A stretch of DNA of 64,000 bases from Paramoeba atlantica (taxonomy: Eukaryota; Protista; Discosea): NCBI GenBank assembly GCA_977017575.1, contig CDRNVI010000184.1, positions 62,001 to 126,000 on the forward strand. The letters run 5' to 3'. The notes under the pieces were generated by a model. That model was not told the origin of the DNA. It ran no database searches and saw only the letters and a list, made by a program, of their open reading frames with translations. Shown here one piece after another: positions 45,294-58,689 of this stretch. Position 1 is the first letter of the stretch. Every line of letters begins with the position of its first letter. Made by a program: the position numbers and the translations under genes.

Positions 45294-47440
45294 AGAAGAA
45301 GGAGGATATCCTCATGATTCAATCTATTATTAAAAAGAAAGGAAACCTGATCACCAACCAACTCAAGAGTTCTTGTATTTGGAGAGTTAATCATGATGTC
45401 CATTTGTGAGGGATCAAGATCAAACTCTCTTTTCAAGTTTCAGAGAATGAGTGGATTTACAATTTATTCAATAGAGAACCACCTTCCCTCTCTCAATCTC
45501 AAAGAAGTGGTACAAGTCTCTGAGGACTGCATCATCATCTTCTACAAATCCATTCCCCTCTCTCTAGTTTGCCTTATTGCCAAGACCAAAGAATTCATCC
45601 AAATCAATATTTTGATTAAAGCCAAGTGTTCCATTTGAACACCAATCAAACCATACCACCTCCTTATTGAGTGCCCCTTCTGTGGGGTGAACCATCTTGC
45701 AAGCCTTACTTGCACTGTAGAGATTATTCAGAAACAAGGAGAAGATGCCATCAGCAAGCTTTTTGAAGAAGAACAACAAAACTTTAGTCTTGAAAAAGAC
45801 CAAATCATGATCACAAATGCAAAGAAGTATGAAGAAATGAAATTTATTGATGAAAAAGAAACATCAACTAAAGAACAGTGCCTTAAGGAAAAAGATAAAA
45901 TTGCTGAAATGGAGAGTGAAAAGAAAGAAATGAGCAAAGGCTCTAAAACACAAGGTAAGAATGAATAAAAAAAGAGGGAAGTGAATGAACAGGAAAGAAG
46001 GGAAGAGGATGGTGATGGAGATATAATTATAATCAAAAGAAGAAAGACTGATAGTAAGGAAGAAAACAAGGAAGAAGAGAAGAGTGATGGGTCAGTCACA
46101 ATGAAAATCCCTTTGAAAGGAGGAGAGATTGAGGAAATAAGTTTTGGTATGAGTGAGAAAGCTTGAGCATGGCTGGGGGATCTTCCAACCCAATTCAGGT
46201 GGAAGCAGGGAATGAAAAAACTAAAAAAAATAGTTACAAACCTTGAAAATAGCAAATATGAATTACTGAACAAAAAGCTTCAATAAGTTTTAATTGAAAC
46301 AGTTCAATTTATTACTTCAAACATAGCTAAATTCAAGAAAAGACCAAGACAATTATCAGCAGAAGAAACAGAAGAAATAATCAATAAAGATAGAGAAAAA
46401 GTGAGGCAAAGCAAAAAGAAATTGAAAGGCAATACAAATAAAATGTTAGAAGCTAAAAAATTGAATATAATTTCCAAAACCATTCTTGCAGGGAAGGAAA
46501 AAAATAATAGGATGAGAAATTCTAGAGGTGTTTTTTTCTCTTCTCCCTCCACTGATGTCCCCTCCCCTTCTCCTTCCACTGATGTCACTTCCCCTTCTTC
46601 CTCCACTGGTGTCCCTTCTCCTGCTTCCTTCACTGGTGTCCAGAGTGTTCCTCTCTCCAAAGATGTCCTTGATGGAGTTCCTGGATCACAAGCTAAAAAA
46701 ATAACCCAAAAAAAGAACATTGTTACTGGCCTACAAAATCAGAAAAACATTACCTTTTTTAGTAATTTAGATGAACATAAATTTTCAACTTTTTCATTTG
46801 GTTTTCATTCTAGCAATGGCCAAAAAATTGCTGATTCTCCCTTTCCCTCTTGTTCTTAGGATGCCAGTCTTGATAGAAGCTTAAAATCATCCCCAAATAA
46901 CCCTCAGGAAAGCTTTTCTATTGTTTAAAAGGAAAAGAGGAAAAGTTTAAAGAAAAAAAGGAAAAAAAAAAAAGAAAAAACCAGAAAAAAAAGGAAAAAA
47001 GTTGAAAGAAAGTTCTAAGTTAGAAGTTAATTAAAAAAAAAAAAAAGAAATACCAGAAGATAGAGTGAAAGATGGTGAACAAAAAGAAAAAAAAAGAAAA
47101 AAAGAATAATCAAAATATCAAAAAGTATGGATTCCTTTAATCTCCCCCCCTGAGATTTGATGCTCAACTTCAACCCTCTCCTTTAATGGTTGTCAATAAG
47201 TCCCAACTAATTTCTCAACTTCCTATTCCCCCCACCTCCCTCAACTTCCCTTTCCCCCAAGAGAGACTTTGTGATTTTCAAATCCTCTCTCTGAAATCTA
47301 ACCCTCTTAATTTACTCCAAATTCAATGTTTTTCTTGTTTCCCTAACTTGAAAGTTCTCTCCTGGAATATAAACAAGCTTCAAAATAAAGAAAAACTCAA
47401 GATCTGTAAAAGAATAGCAGCTAGTTCCTGCCTTCTATTC
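45294..47440 (+). mobile_element. LINE-B ORF1 body to the start of the ORF2 endonuclease
   Basis: Begins KKEDILMIQS; knuckle CPFCGVNHLASLTC near 45667; ORF2 ATG at 47072; cut by the next element's tail. Confidence 0.88.
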
Positions 47441-47907
47441 TTTTTTTTTTTCCACTAAACATCAGAAAATGCTATTAATTTATTAAGGTAAAAAACCATC
47501 ATATAGATAGAAAAGATAGTTTAGGTTTTACCAATTGGTAACATAGACATGGTTAATAATATTTAAATTAATTAATTCTTAGAATAGTTAGTTAATCTTC
47601 ATCATCACTTGGAGGAAGTTTACCTTCTTTAAAGATTACATATCTTTTTTTTTTTTTTTTTCTTTTCTTTCTGTTCTTTTCATTATCCAACATACTTTCA
47701 CATAACTTGTCACTTAGGATTGAAGTAGAATATATATTATAGAGGTTTTTAGAAAGGGCTACAGGTGTTATCAAGGTTCCATCAAAAGAGAGAGGTTTGG
47801 AGAAGTATACCACTTGAATTGTAATCACTAAACCTTGAAATTTCCTCAAGAGTGTGGAAAAAGGGATAGAATAACTTTAATCATACTTAAGGGAGTTGTT
47901 CAATTTA

Positions 47908-48231
47908 TTTTTTCTTTTTAACACTGGACTTTATTAGGTAATGGTTTAACTCAAAGCTATTAATTTTTTAAGGTTAAAGATAATGAGGATAGAGTTTCAC
48001 TTCTTTAGGTTTAAATGGTCCAAAGACCTTTAATTCACTTAAACTCCTTCTCAGGAACTTTATTTTCTGCTTTTTAGTAGATAGAGTAAAGAATAACCTG
48101 TTCTGTTTTTCACATTCAAGTGAGCAAGAAGAGAAAATAATATTTTTAATATTTTCTTCTTTGAAATTTGAACCTACAACCCCAAATTGAAGCAATAGCT
48201 GTTTTACCAACTAAGCCATCATGCCACAATT
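47908..48231 (-). mobile_element. SINE1, full length
   Basis: 16-bp TSD gg(a/g)gttgttca(a/g)ttta (47892-47907 / 48232-48247). Confidence 0.9.
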
Positions 48232-49023
48232 GGGGTTGTTCAGTTTAGTCTATAAAAAAGAGTTATCAACAATCCATTTTTCTTCAGTTTTTCCAACTTG
48301 TCTAATACAAAGATTTCATTTGAGATCATTAACAGCAGCTATTTCATCCATAACTGACCAACTAACAGTAGTAGCAATAGCATCAGCATGTTTGTTGAGT
48401 TTATAAAAAATATGAATAAATTTAATATCTTCAAATCTAACAGCAGTTGCTCTAATCTCAATCAACAGGAGGTTAAGTTCATGATTACTAATATTGTAAT
48501 TCTTAGGAGCTGCCTTAATTAATATCATATAATTACCAACAATTTAGATGTAAGAACCCAAACCTCTTGCACTCTTTAATCTCAAGAGATAGCTTTTGAA
48601 TTCATTAACATTATTTGTACTGAAGAAAATAGTTTCAACATCAATCAGAATTTCCTTTCCATCTCTGAAAATAGCATAGTTAGCACCACCAAGGTGAGGA
48701 TCAGTACAACTTGAACCATCATAGAAAACTTGTAAGTCTTTAAACTTGAACTTTTCAATCTCTCTCTTTTTCTTTGCAGAGGTTGGGTTTTTACAAAGAG
48801 GTTTGGGAAGGAATTTGTTCTTTTTTAAGATTTTGTAAAAGATATCAATAGCATACTCAGCAAATTGAGATCCTTCAGCACACACAGTTATTCACAGTGT
48901 AAGTAAGACAGCACTCACTATTGAGGTGAAGAGGTTTGAGCAGTATTGAACAGTAAGTTCATACACAAAGAAAGAGGATTCTCAAGATGGAAGTTTCAAC
49001 TTTATGCAGCTTTGTCCCATCTT

Positions 49024-49345
49024 TTTTCTTTTTAACACTGGACTTTATTAGGTAATAGCCTAACCCAAAGCCACTAATTTTTTAAGGTTAAAAATAACAA
49101 AGATAGAGTTTCACTTCTTTAGGTTTAAATGGTCCAAAGACCTTTAATTCACTTAAACTCCTTTTCAAGGAATTTATTCTCTGCTTTTTAGCAAATAGGG
49201 CAGAGAATAATCTATTCCATTTTTCACATTCAAGTGAGCAAAAAGAGAAAATAATGTTTTTAATATTTTCCTCTTTGGGATTTGAACCTGTAACCCTGAA
49301 TTGAAGCAATAGTTATTTTACCAACTAAGCCATTATGCCACAATT
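49024..49345 (-). mobile_element. SINE1, full length
   Basis: 16-bp TSD agctttgtcccatctt / agcttcattccatctt (49008-49023 / 49346-49361). Confidence 0.9.
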
Positions 49346-50943
49346 AGCTTCATTCCATCTTCTCAAGGTAGCTTTTAGCACAAATACAAGTTTCAAGGAG
49401 GTGGGTTCAAGATTCTTTTTCTTTCTTACATAATCAACAGGTAGGAGGTTTCAAAGTAAAATGGAAGATCTTATCCATTATAGAGAGACCATGAATCAAG
49501 AATTTGGTAAGATTTCATTGGAGCTGAGGTTTAAAAGTATAAGCTAAGTTGTAGACAATACATTTGATCTTTCCATCCTCTTGGTAGATATCTTTAAGCA
49601 CAATAGGTACTTGATGAGAAAGGGAATTATAGTTTGTTTTGGTTAGGCCTCTCAAAGTCACTTCTTTAGAGATTTTTGAAGCAGCAGAGTAAGCATCAAG
49701 TCTCATAGCTCCAATGGCCAAGAGATTCTTGTATTCATAACTTAAAGGTTTATGAGAGATAAGAAGAGCCCAATTGAAGAGAATGAAATGGTGAACCTGA
49801 CATTTACTACCCATAAGAGAATGGCAAGCAGTTAAAATGGTGGTTTTTAGATTGGCATATGCTCCCAAGGCAGCTTGAATGAGTTTCCATACTATCACAG
49901 ATACAGATTGAGGGATAAGTTTAAAGCAGGCCAAGTAACTCATACAGGGAATTAAGTAGGTGTTAATTATCCTTACTTTTACTGCAAAGGGCCCTCCTTG
50001 ATTCTTAATGGCCTTACTTACTCCTTGCATCTTTTCACATACTTTAAATCAATCCTTCTTTAATTCCATCTTACAGTTTATTCACACACCTAAATAAGTT
50101 ATCTCATTGCTTTTAAAGTTGGTTTTGGGCATTGCAGACCAAGGGCCAGAAGGTTTATACATTTGAGTTATCAAAACAAAGCATTTTGAGTAATTCAAGA
50201 GAGCACCAGTTGCCTTTTCATACTTCTGAAAAGTGGGGGTCAAGAGGTTAATGGTGTTAACTTTTTTCAGGAGTAGTCCAAGGTCATCCATGAAACCAGA
50301 GAGCTTCTCAAGAGGGTGGTTCTTGTTGAGGCTCACCAGCAATAAATCAAAGATAATTAGGAAGAGAAGAGGGGAGATTGGGCAGCTTTGTTGAACTTCA
50401 GTTCTACTGGTAATAGAGTTAGCTGGAGAGGAGCTAGGTTTCCCTTCAATTGAGGGTAACCAAGTTTTAGAGGGGTGGAATACTTTCTCAATCACAAAGA
50501 TAGCTTGGAAAGGAGCCTTCAATCTCTTCAAGATGTGAATTAGAGCATCACAGTTTACATAATCATAAGCCTTGTAGAAGTCAGTTTGGAAGAATAATAT
50601 TTTATTCATTGGCCAAAGCTTCATAGAAGACATCATAAATTGTTTTCACAGTTGCATCAATTGATTTCCCCTTAAACATTGCATGTTAAGTATCAGAGAT
50701 TACTCCACTTGCAATTTCAGAAAACCAAAAAGCTTAATATTGTATTACAATTCAATAATCAGAGTTTGTTACACTTATAAGTCTGAACTGGTTAGAGCAA
50801 AAAATGTTCTCAACCTTGGGAATCAAACACAATTAGCTTTCTCCAAAGGAATTAGGGAATTTTATACTCTCTCCTGCTTGTTGAATCAATTTAATCCACA
50901 TCTTTTGATATTTCTTATAAGTTTTCTAATAGAGGGAAAAGAG

Positions 50944-53900
50944 ATTTCCAGACAAATTATAAATAAAATTGTACTTTTTACACAATTTTACAATTTATTT
51001 GACTTATTTACAAAAAAAAAAACATATTTCCCTTTGTTTTTGATCATTTCCCAACCACTTTTTTCAATGTCTATTTGTATTATTTTCATTTTTAGAAAAT
51101 TGTTATTCAGTTTTTGATGTTTAAAAGTTCATTTCCAAACAAGTTACAAATAAAATTGAATATTTTACTCAATTTTACAATTTATTTGATTTATTTACAA
51201 AAAAAAAAATATATTTCCCTTTGTTTTTGATTATTTCCCAATCACTTTTTTCAATGTATAATTCAATATTTGTATTATTTTCATTTTTTAGAAAATTGTT
51301 ATTTAGTTTTTGATGTTTAAAAGTTCATTTCCAGACAAGTTACAAATAAAATTGTACTTTTTACACAATTTTACAATTTATTTGATTTATTTACAAAAAA
51401 AAAAACATATTTCCCTTTGTTTTTGATTATTTTCCAACCACTTTTTTCAATGTTTATTTGTATTATTTTCTATTTTCATTTTTTCTCAATTGTTATTTAG
51501 TTTTTGATGTTTAAAAGTTCATTTCCAAACAAGTTACAAATAAAATTGTACTTTTTACACAATTTTACAATTTATTTGACTTATTTACAAAAAAAAAAAC
51601 ATATTTCCCTTTGTTTTTGATCATTTCCCAACCACTTTTTTCAATGTCTATTTGTATTATTTTCATTTTTAGAAAATTGTTATTCAGTTTTTGATGTTTA
51701 AAAGTTCATTTCCAAACAAGTTACAAATAAAATTGAATATTTTACTCAATTTTACAATTTATTTGATTTATTTACAAAAAAAAAAATATATTTCCCTTTG
51801 TTTTTGATTATTTCCCAATCACTTTTTTCAATGTATAATTCAATATTTGTATTATTTTCATTTTTTAGAAAATTGTTATTTAGTTTTTGATGTTTAAAAG
51901 TTCATTTCCAGACAAGTTACAAATAAAATTGTACTTTTTACACAATTTTACAATTTATTTGATTTATTTACAAAAAAAAAAACATATTTCCCTTTGTTTT
52001 TGATTATTTTCCAACCACTTTTTTCAATGTTTATTTGTATTATTTTCTATTTTCATTTTTTCTCAATTGTTATTTAGTTTTTGATGTTTAAAAGTTCATT
52101 TCCAAACAAGTTACAAATAAAATTGTACTTTTTACACAATTTTACAATTTATTTGACTTATTTACAAAAAAAAAAACATATTTCCCTTTGTTTTTGATCA
52201 TTTCCCAACCACTTTTTTCAATGTCTATTTGTATTATTTTCATTTTTAGAAAATTGTTATTCAGTTTTTGATGTTTAAAAGTTCATTTCCAAACAAGTTA
52301 CAAATAAAATTGAATATTTTACTCAATTTTACAATTTATTTGATTTATTTACAAAAAAAAAAATATATTTCCCTTTGTTTTTGATTATTTCCCAATCACT
52401 TTTTTCAATGTATAATTCAATATTTGTATTATTTTCATTTTTTAGAAAATTGTTATTTAGTTTTTGATGTTTAAAAGTTCATTTCCAGACAAGTTACAAA
52501 TAAAATTGTACTTTTTACACAATTTTACAATTTATTTGATTTATTTACAAAAAAAAAAACATATTTCCCTTTGTTTTTGATTATTTTCCAACCACTTTTT
52601 TCAATGTTTATTTGTATTATTTTCTATTTTCATTTTTTCTCAATTGTTATTTAGTTTTTGATGTTTAAAAGTTCATTTCCAAACAAGTTACAAATAAAAT
52701 TGTACTTTTTACACAATTTTACAATTTATTTGACTTATTTACAAAAAAAAAAACATATTTCCCTTTGTTTTTGATCATTTCCCAACCACTTTTTTCAATG
52801 TCTATTTGTATTATTTTCATTTTTAGAAAATTGTTATTCAGTTTTTGATGTTTAAAAGTTCATTTCCAAACAAGTTACAAATAAAATTGAATATTTTACT
52901 CAATTTTACAATTTATTTGATTTATTTACAAAAAAAAAAATATATTTCCCTTTGTTTTTGATTATTTCCCAATCACTTTTTTCAATGTATAATTCAATAT
53001 TTGTATTATTTTCATTTTTTAGAAAATTGTTATTTAGTTTTTGATGTTTAAAAGTTCATTTCCAGACAAGTTACAAATAAAATTGTACTTTTTACACAAT
53101 TTTACAATTTATTTGATTTATTTACAAAAAAAAAAACATATTTCCCTTTGTTTTTGATTATTTTCCAACCACTTTTTTCAATGTTTATTTGTATTATTTT
53201 CTATTTTCATTTTTTCTCAATTGTTATTTAGTTTTTGATGTTTAAAAGTTCATTTCCAAACAAGTTACAAATAAAATTGTACTTTTTACACAATTTTACA
53301 ATTTATTTGACTTATTTACAAAAAAAAAAACATATTTCCCTTTGTTTTTGATCATTTCCCAACCACTTTTTTCAATGTCTATTTGTATTATTTTCATTTT
53401 TAGAAAATTGTTATTCAGTTTTTGATGTTTAAAAGTTCATTTCCAAACAAGTTACAAATAAAATTGAATATTTTACTCAATTTTACAATTTATTTGATTT
53501 ATTTACAAAAAAAAAAATATATTTCCCTTTGTTTTTGATTATTTCCCAATCACTTTTTTCAATGTATAATTCAATATTTGTATTATTTTCATTTTTTAGA
53601 AAATTGTTATTTAGTTTTTGATGTTTAAAAGTTCATTTCCAGACAAGTTACAAATAAAATTGTACTTTTTACACAATTTTACAATTTATTTGATTTATTT
53701 ACAAAAAAAAAAACATATTTCCCTTTGTTTTTGATTATTTTCCAACCACTTTTTTCAATGTTTATTTGTATTATTTTCTATTTTCATTTTTTCTCAATTG
53801 TTATTTAGTTTTTGATGTTTAAAAGTTCATTTCCAAACAAGTTACAAATAAAATTGTACTTTTTACACAATTTTACAATTTATTTGACTTATTTACAAAA

Positions 53901-56900
53901 AAAAAAACATATTTCCCTTTGTTTTTGATCATTTCCCAACCACTTTTTTCAATGTCTATTTGTATTATTTTCATTTTTAGAAAATTGTTATTCAGTTTTT
54001 GATGTTTAAAAGTTCATTTCCAAACAAGTTACAAATAAAATTGAATATTTTACTCAATTTTACAATTTATTTGATTTATTTACAAAAAAAAAAATATATT
54101 TCCCTTTGTTTTTGATTATTTCCCAATCACTTTTTTCAATGTATAATTCAATATTTGTATTATTTTCATTTTTTAGAAAATTGTTATTTAGTTTTTGATG
54201 TTTAAAAGTTCATTTCCAGACAAGTTACAAATAAAATTGTACTTTTTACACAATTTTACAATTTATTTGATTTATTTACAAAAAAAAAAACATATTTCCC
54301 TTTGTTTTTGATTATTTTCCAACCACTTTTTTCAATGTTTATTTGTATTATTTTCTATTTTCATTTTTTCTCAATTGTTATTTAGTTTTTGATGTTTAAA
54401 AGTTCATTTCCAAACAAGTTACAAATAAAATTGTACTTTTTACACAATTTTACAATTTATTTGACTTATTTACAAAAAAAAAAACATATTTCCCTTTGTT
54501 TTTGATCATTTCCCAACCACTTTTTTCAATGTCTATTTGTATTATTTTCATTTTTAGAAAATTGTTATTCAGTTTTTGATGTTTAAAAGTTCATTTCCAA
54601 ACAAGTTACAAATAAAATTGAATATTTTACTCAATTTTACAATTTATTTGATTTATTTACAAAAAAAAAAATATATTTCCCTTTGTTTTTGATTATTTCC
54701 CAATCACTTTTTTCAATGTATAATTCAATATTTGTATTATTTTCATTTTTTAGAAAATTGTTATTTAGTTTTTGATGTTTAAAAGTTCATTTCCAGACAA
54801 GTTACAAATAAAATTGTACTTTTTACACAATTTTACAATTTATTTGATTTATTTACAAAAAAAAAAACATATTTCCCTTTGTTTTTGATTATTTTCCAAC
54901 CACTTTTTTCAATGTTTATTTGTATTATTTTCTATTTTCATTTTTTCTCAATTGTTATTTAGTTTTTGATGTTTAAAAGTTCATTTCCAAACAAGTTACA
55001 AATAAAATTGTACTTTTTACACAATTTTACAATTTATTTGACTTATTTACAAAAAAAAAAACATATTTCCCTTTGTTTTTGATCATTTCCCAACCACTTT
55101 TTTCAATGTCTATTTGTATTATTTTCATTTTTAGAAAATTGTTATTCAGTTTTTGATGTTTAAAAGTTCATTTCCAAACAAGTTACAAATAAAATTGAAT
55201 ATTTTACTCAATTTTACAATTTATTTGATTTATTTACAAAAAAAAAAATATATTTCCCTTTGTTTTTGATTATTTCCCAATCACTTTTTTCAATGTATAA
55301 TTCAATATTTGTATTATTTTCATTTTTTAGAAAATTGTTATTTAGTTTTTGATGTTTAAAAGTTCATTTCCAGACAAGTTACAAATAAAATTGTACTTTT
55401 TACACAATTTTACAATTTATTTGATTTATTTACAAAAAAAAAAACATATTTCCCTTTGTTTTTGATTATTTTCCAACCACTTTTTTCAATGTTTATTTGT
55501 ATTATTTTCTATTTTCATTTTTTCTCAATTGTTATTTAGTTTTTGATGTTTAAAAGTTCATTTCCAAACAAGTTACAAATAAAATTGTACTTTTTACACA
55601 ATTTTACAATTTATTTGACTTATTTACAAAAAAAAAAACATATTTCCCTTTGTTTTTGATCATTTCCCAACCACTTTTTTCAATGTCTATTTGTATTATT
55701 TTCATTTTTAGAAAATTGTTATTCAGTTTTTGATGTTTAAAAGTTCATTTCCAAACAAGTTACAAATAAAATTGAATATTTTACTCAATTTTACAATTTA
55801 TTTGATTTATTTACAAAAAAAAAAATATATTTCCCTTTGTTTTTGATTATTTCCCAATCACTTTTTTCAATGTATAATTCAATATTTGTATTATTTTCAT
55901 TTTTTAGAAAATTGTTATTTAGTTTTTGATGTTTAAAAGTTCATTTCCAGACAAGTTACAAATAAAATTGTACTTTTTACACAATTTTACAATTTATTTG
56001 ATTTATTTACAAAAAAAAAAACATATTTCCCTTTGTTTTTGATTATTTTCCAACCACTTTTTTCAATGTTTATTTGTATTATTTTCTATTTTCATTTTTT
56101 CTCAATTGTTATTTAGTTTTTGATGTTTAAAAGTTCATTTCCAAACAAGTTACAAATAAAATTGTACTTTTTACACAATTTTACAATTTATTTGACTTAT
56201 TTACAAAAAAAAAAACATATTTCCCTTTGTTTTTGATCATTTCCCAACCACTTTTTTCAATGTCTATTTGTATTATTTTCATTTTTAGAAAATTGTTATT
56301 CAGTTTTTGATGTTTAAAAGTTCATTTCCAAACAAGTTACAAATAAAATTGAATATTTTACTCAATTTTACAATTTATTTGATTTATTTACAAAAAAAAA
56401 AATATATTTCCCTTTGTTTTTGATTATTTCCCAATCACTTTTTTCAATGTATAATTCAATATTTGTATTATTTTCATTTTTTAGAAAATTGTTATTTAGT
56501 TTTTGATGTTTAAAAGTTCATTTCCAGACAAGTTACAAATAAAATTGTACTTTTTACACAATTTTACAATTTATTTGATTTATTTACAAAAAAAAAAACA
56601 TATTTCCCTTTGTTTTTGATTATTTTCCAACCACTTTTTTCAATGTTTATTTGTATTATTTTCTATTTTCATTTTTTCTCAATTGTTATTTAGTTTTTGA
56701 TGTTTAAAAGTTCATTTCCAAACAAGTTACAAATAAAATTGTACTTTTTACACAATTTTACAATTTATTTGACTTATTTACAAAAAAAAAAACATATTTC
56801 CCTTTGTTTTTGATCATTTCCCAACCACTTTTTTCAATGTCTATTTGTATTATTTTCATTTTTAGAAAATTGTTATTCAGTTTTTGATGTTTAAAAGTTT

Positions 56901-56970
56901 ATTTCCAAACAAGTTACAAATAAAATTGAATATTTTACTCAATTTTACAATTTATTTGACTTATTTATAA
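50944..56970. repeat. AT-rich satellite: 577-bp higher-order repeat of three monomers (196, 194, 187 bp), ~10.4 copies
   Basis: Marker tgatc at 51041, 51618, 52195 ... 56811 (exactly 10 x 577); monomer marker gttcatttcc at 51127, 51323, 51517, 51704. Confidence 0.97.
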
Positions 56971-57140
56971 AAAAAACTAAAAAACTAAAAAACTGAAAAA
57001 CTGAAAAACTGAAAAACTGAAAAATTGGAAAATTGGAAAATTGGAAAATTGGAAAATTGGAAAATTAGAAAATTAGAAAATTGGAAAATTGGAAAATTGG
57101 AAAATTGGAAAATTGGAAAATTGAAAAATTGAAAAATTAA
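56971..57140. repeat. 8-bp minisatellite with a drifting unit, ~21 units
   Basis: aaaaacta x2, aaaaactg x4, aaaattgg x5, aaaattag x2, aaaattgg x5, aaaattga x2, then aaaattaa. Confidence 0.92.
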
Positions 57141-57437
57141 AAGAATTGAACTTGAGACTTCAAAAATGAAAAATTGAAGAAAAGAACAACTAAACTATCA
57201 TACTCATCTTTAAAAAAACAAAAAAATAAGAAAGTTAATGAGATTAATTTAAATTTTTTTTTATTTTTTCTCTTTTAACATCATTTCTTTTGTATTAATC
57301 TTTTATATTTCTTCTTCAAAATAAAATCTAAAACTAATATCTTTTTCACTACTTTTTAAATTAAAAACTTTTCAAAATATTATTTTATCATATAAAAGAG
57401 TTTTTTATTCAAACTTTAAATCTTAATTAAGTTTAAA

Positions 57438-57644
57438 AAAATATTCAAATATGAAATATTATAAATATATATAACATCTTTATTTAAATTCTTGTTGAAT
57501 TCAATTCAATTGATTAAAGTTCATTATCATTAATATTCTTATTACTACATTTTCTTTTCTTCACTTTTCCACTTCTTGATTTTCCCAGTTTTCAATTGTA
57601 CTTCTTTAAACTATTGAAACCTTAGAAGTAAAATAAAATCTACC
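57438..57644 (+). repeat. Gypsy-2 5' LTR (first bases eroded), followed by PBS-like TGGT at 57646
   Basis: Aligns with 62658-62865. Confidence 0.8.
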
Positions 57645-58689
57645 TTGGTAATGCTTCAATTTGAATAACCAATAGAAGAAGCATTTGATCTTGAGAAATT
57701 GCTTAGAGGAAACTCCAAGCAGAACAATTGGTGAAGGCAATTCATTTCCTGGTTGTGCAAAATGAAGAGTTGGTGTGAATAAAGAAGGAGTTTTTAAAGA
57801 TGAAAGAACCAAATTACAAATCTTAGAAACAACATTGGAAATTGGTAATTAAAGATGTGAATTTCCAAAACCCAGTCCAAGCTTCTCAATTTTGCATCTA
57901 AAAAAAGAGTATTAAACAAGATATTTGACCAAACATACTTGAGTTCAGAAAACAAATCAAGTTTGCAAGGGCAATTGAAAGTCATTAGGCCAAAAGTTGG
58001 ATGGATTACCTTTGAATTTGTTGTGTACCCTTAATAGATTCTTTGGTGAGAAAGTTGTCCTTATGGAACAGCAGAAGTTTGATCTTTTTTGAGTACCTGA
58101 TAAAAAAGTTACTAATCAAGAATTTCAGGTGGTAACTACAGAATATTTGCACCTGTTCTTGAAGATAAGAGAAACTCCCTTTCAGGAAATCTATGTGAAG
58201 GAAGCAATGTGAGAATTCAAAAATCCAATCTTCCAAGGTCTAAATAAAGTGTCTGTTAGGGGGGGAACAGATGAGTATTAAAGAACCAAAGAAAAATTGA
58301 AGAGGAGTGAACCAATAACCTGTTTTCTTTCATCCCTGGATGAGCACTGTGGATAGATATGGTGATGCTGCAGCAAAGAAATATAAACATATGAGTCTTG
58401 TTAATTGGAACAAAAGAGTTCCAAGAAAGAGAGGATGTGGGGATTTCAGTTGGAAAATACTTTACTTGTGAACTCCTTGGATGTGGGATATTAACTCTTG
58501 AAGAACTTAAAGAAAAAGCAAATGGTTTGTCAATTCTTTTAAAAGTAAAAAGGAATTTACTCAAAATACTTGGCAACAAGACAAGATGGTGGTCAAGATG
58601 AGTGAAAATGGCTTCACAATCCATATTGGCAACCTAGTAAGAGACTTGAATCCTAAAATATACCAAATAAATAATAAACTGTTCAACAT

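Larger units (their letters stand above)
47441..50950 (-). mobile_element. LINE-B 3' half (RT-CCHC-RNH-3'UTR-A tail) with two SINE1 insertions, ending at the satellite
   Basis: ORF fragments 50082-50636, 49515-50030, 48544-48885 and 48316-48528; T-run at 47441-47451. Confidence 0.9.

Noticed and set aside
50944-57140. CRISPR array
   Set aside because: No unique spacers and no cas genes; the context is eukaryotic and the repeats are contiguous.
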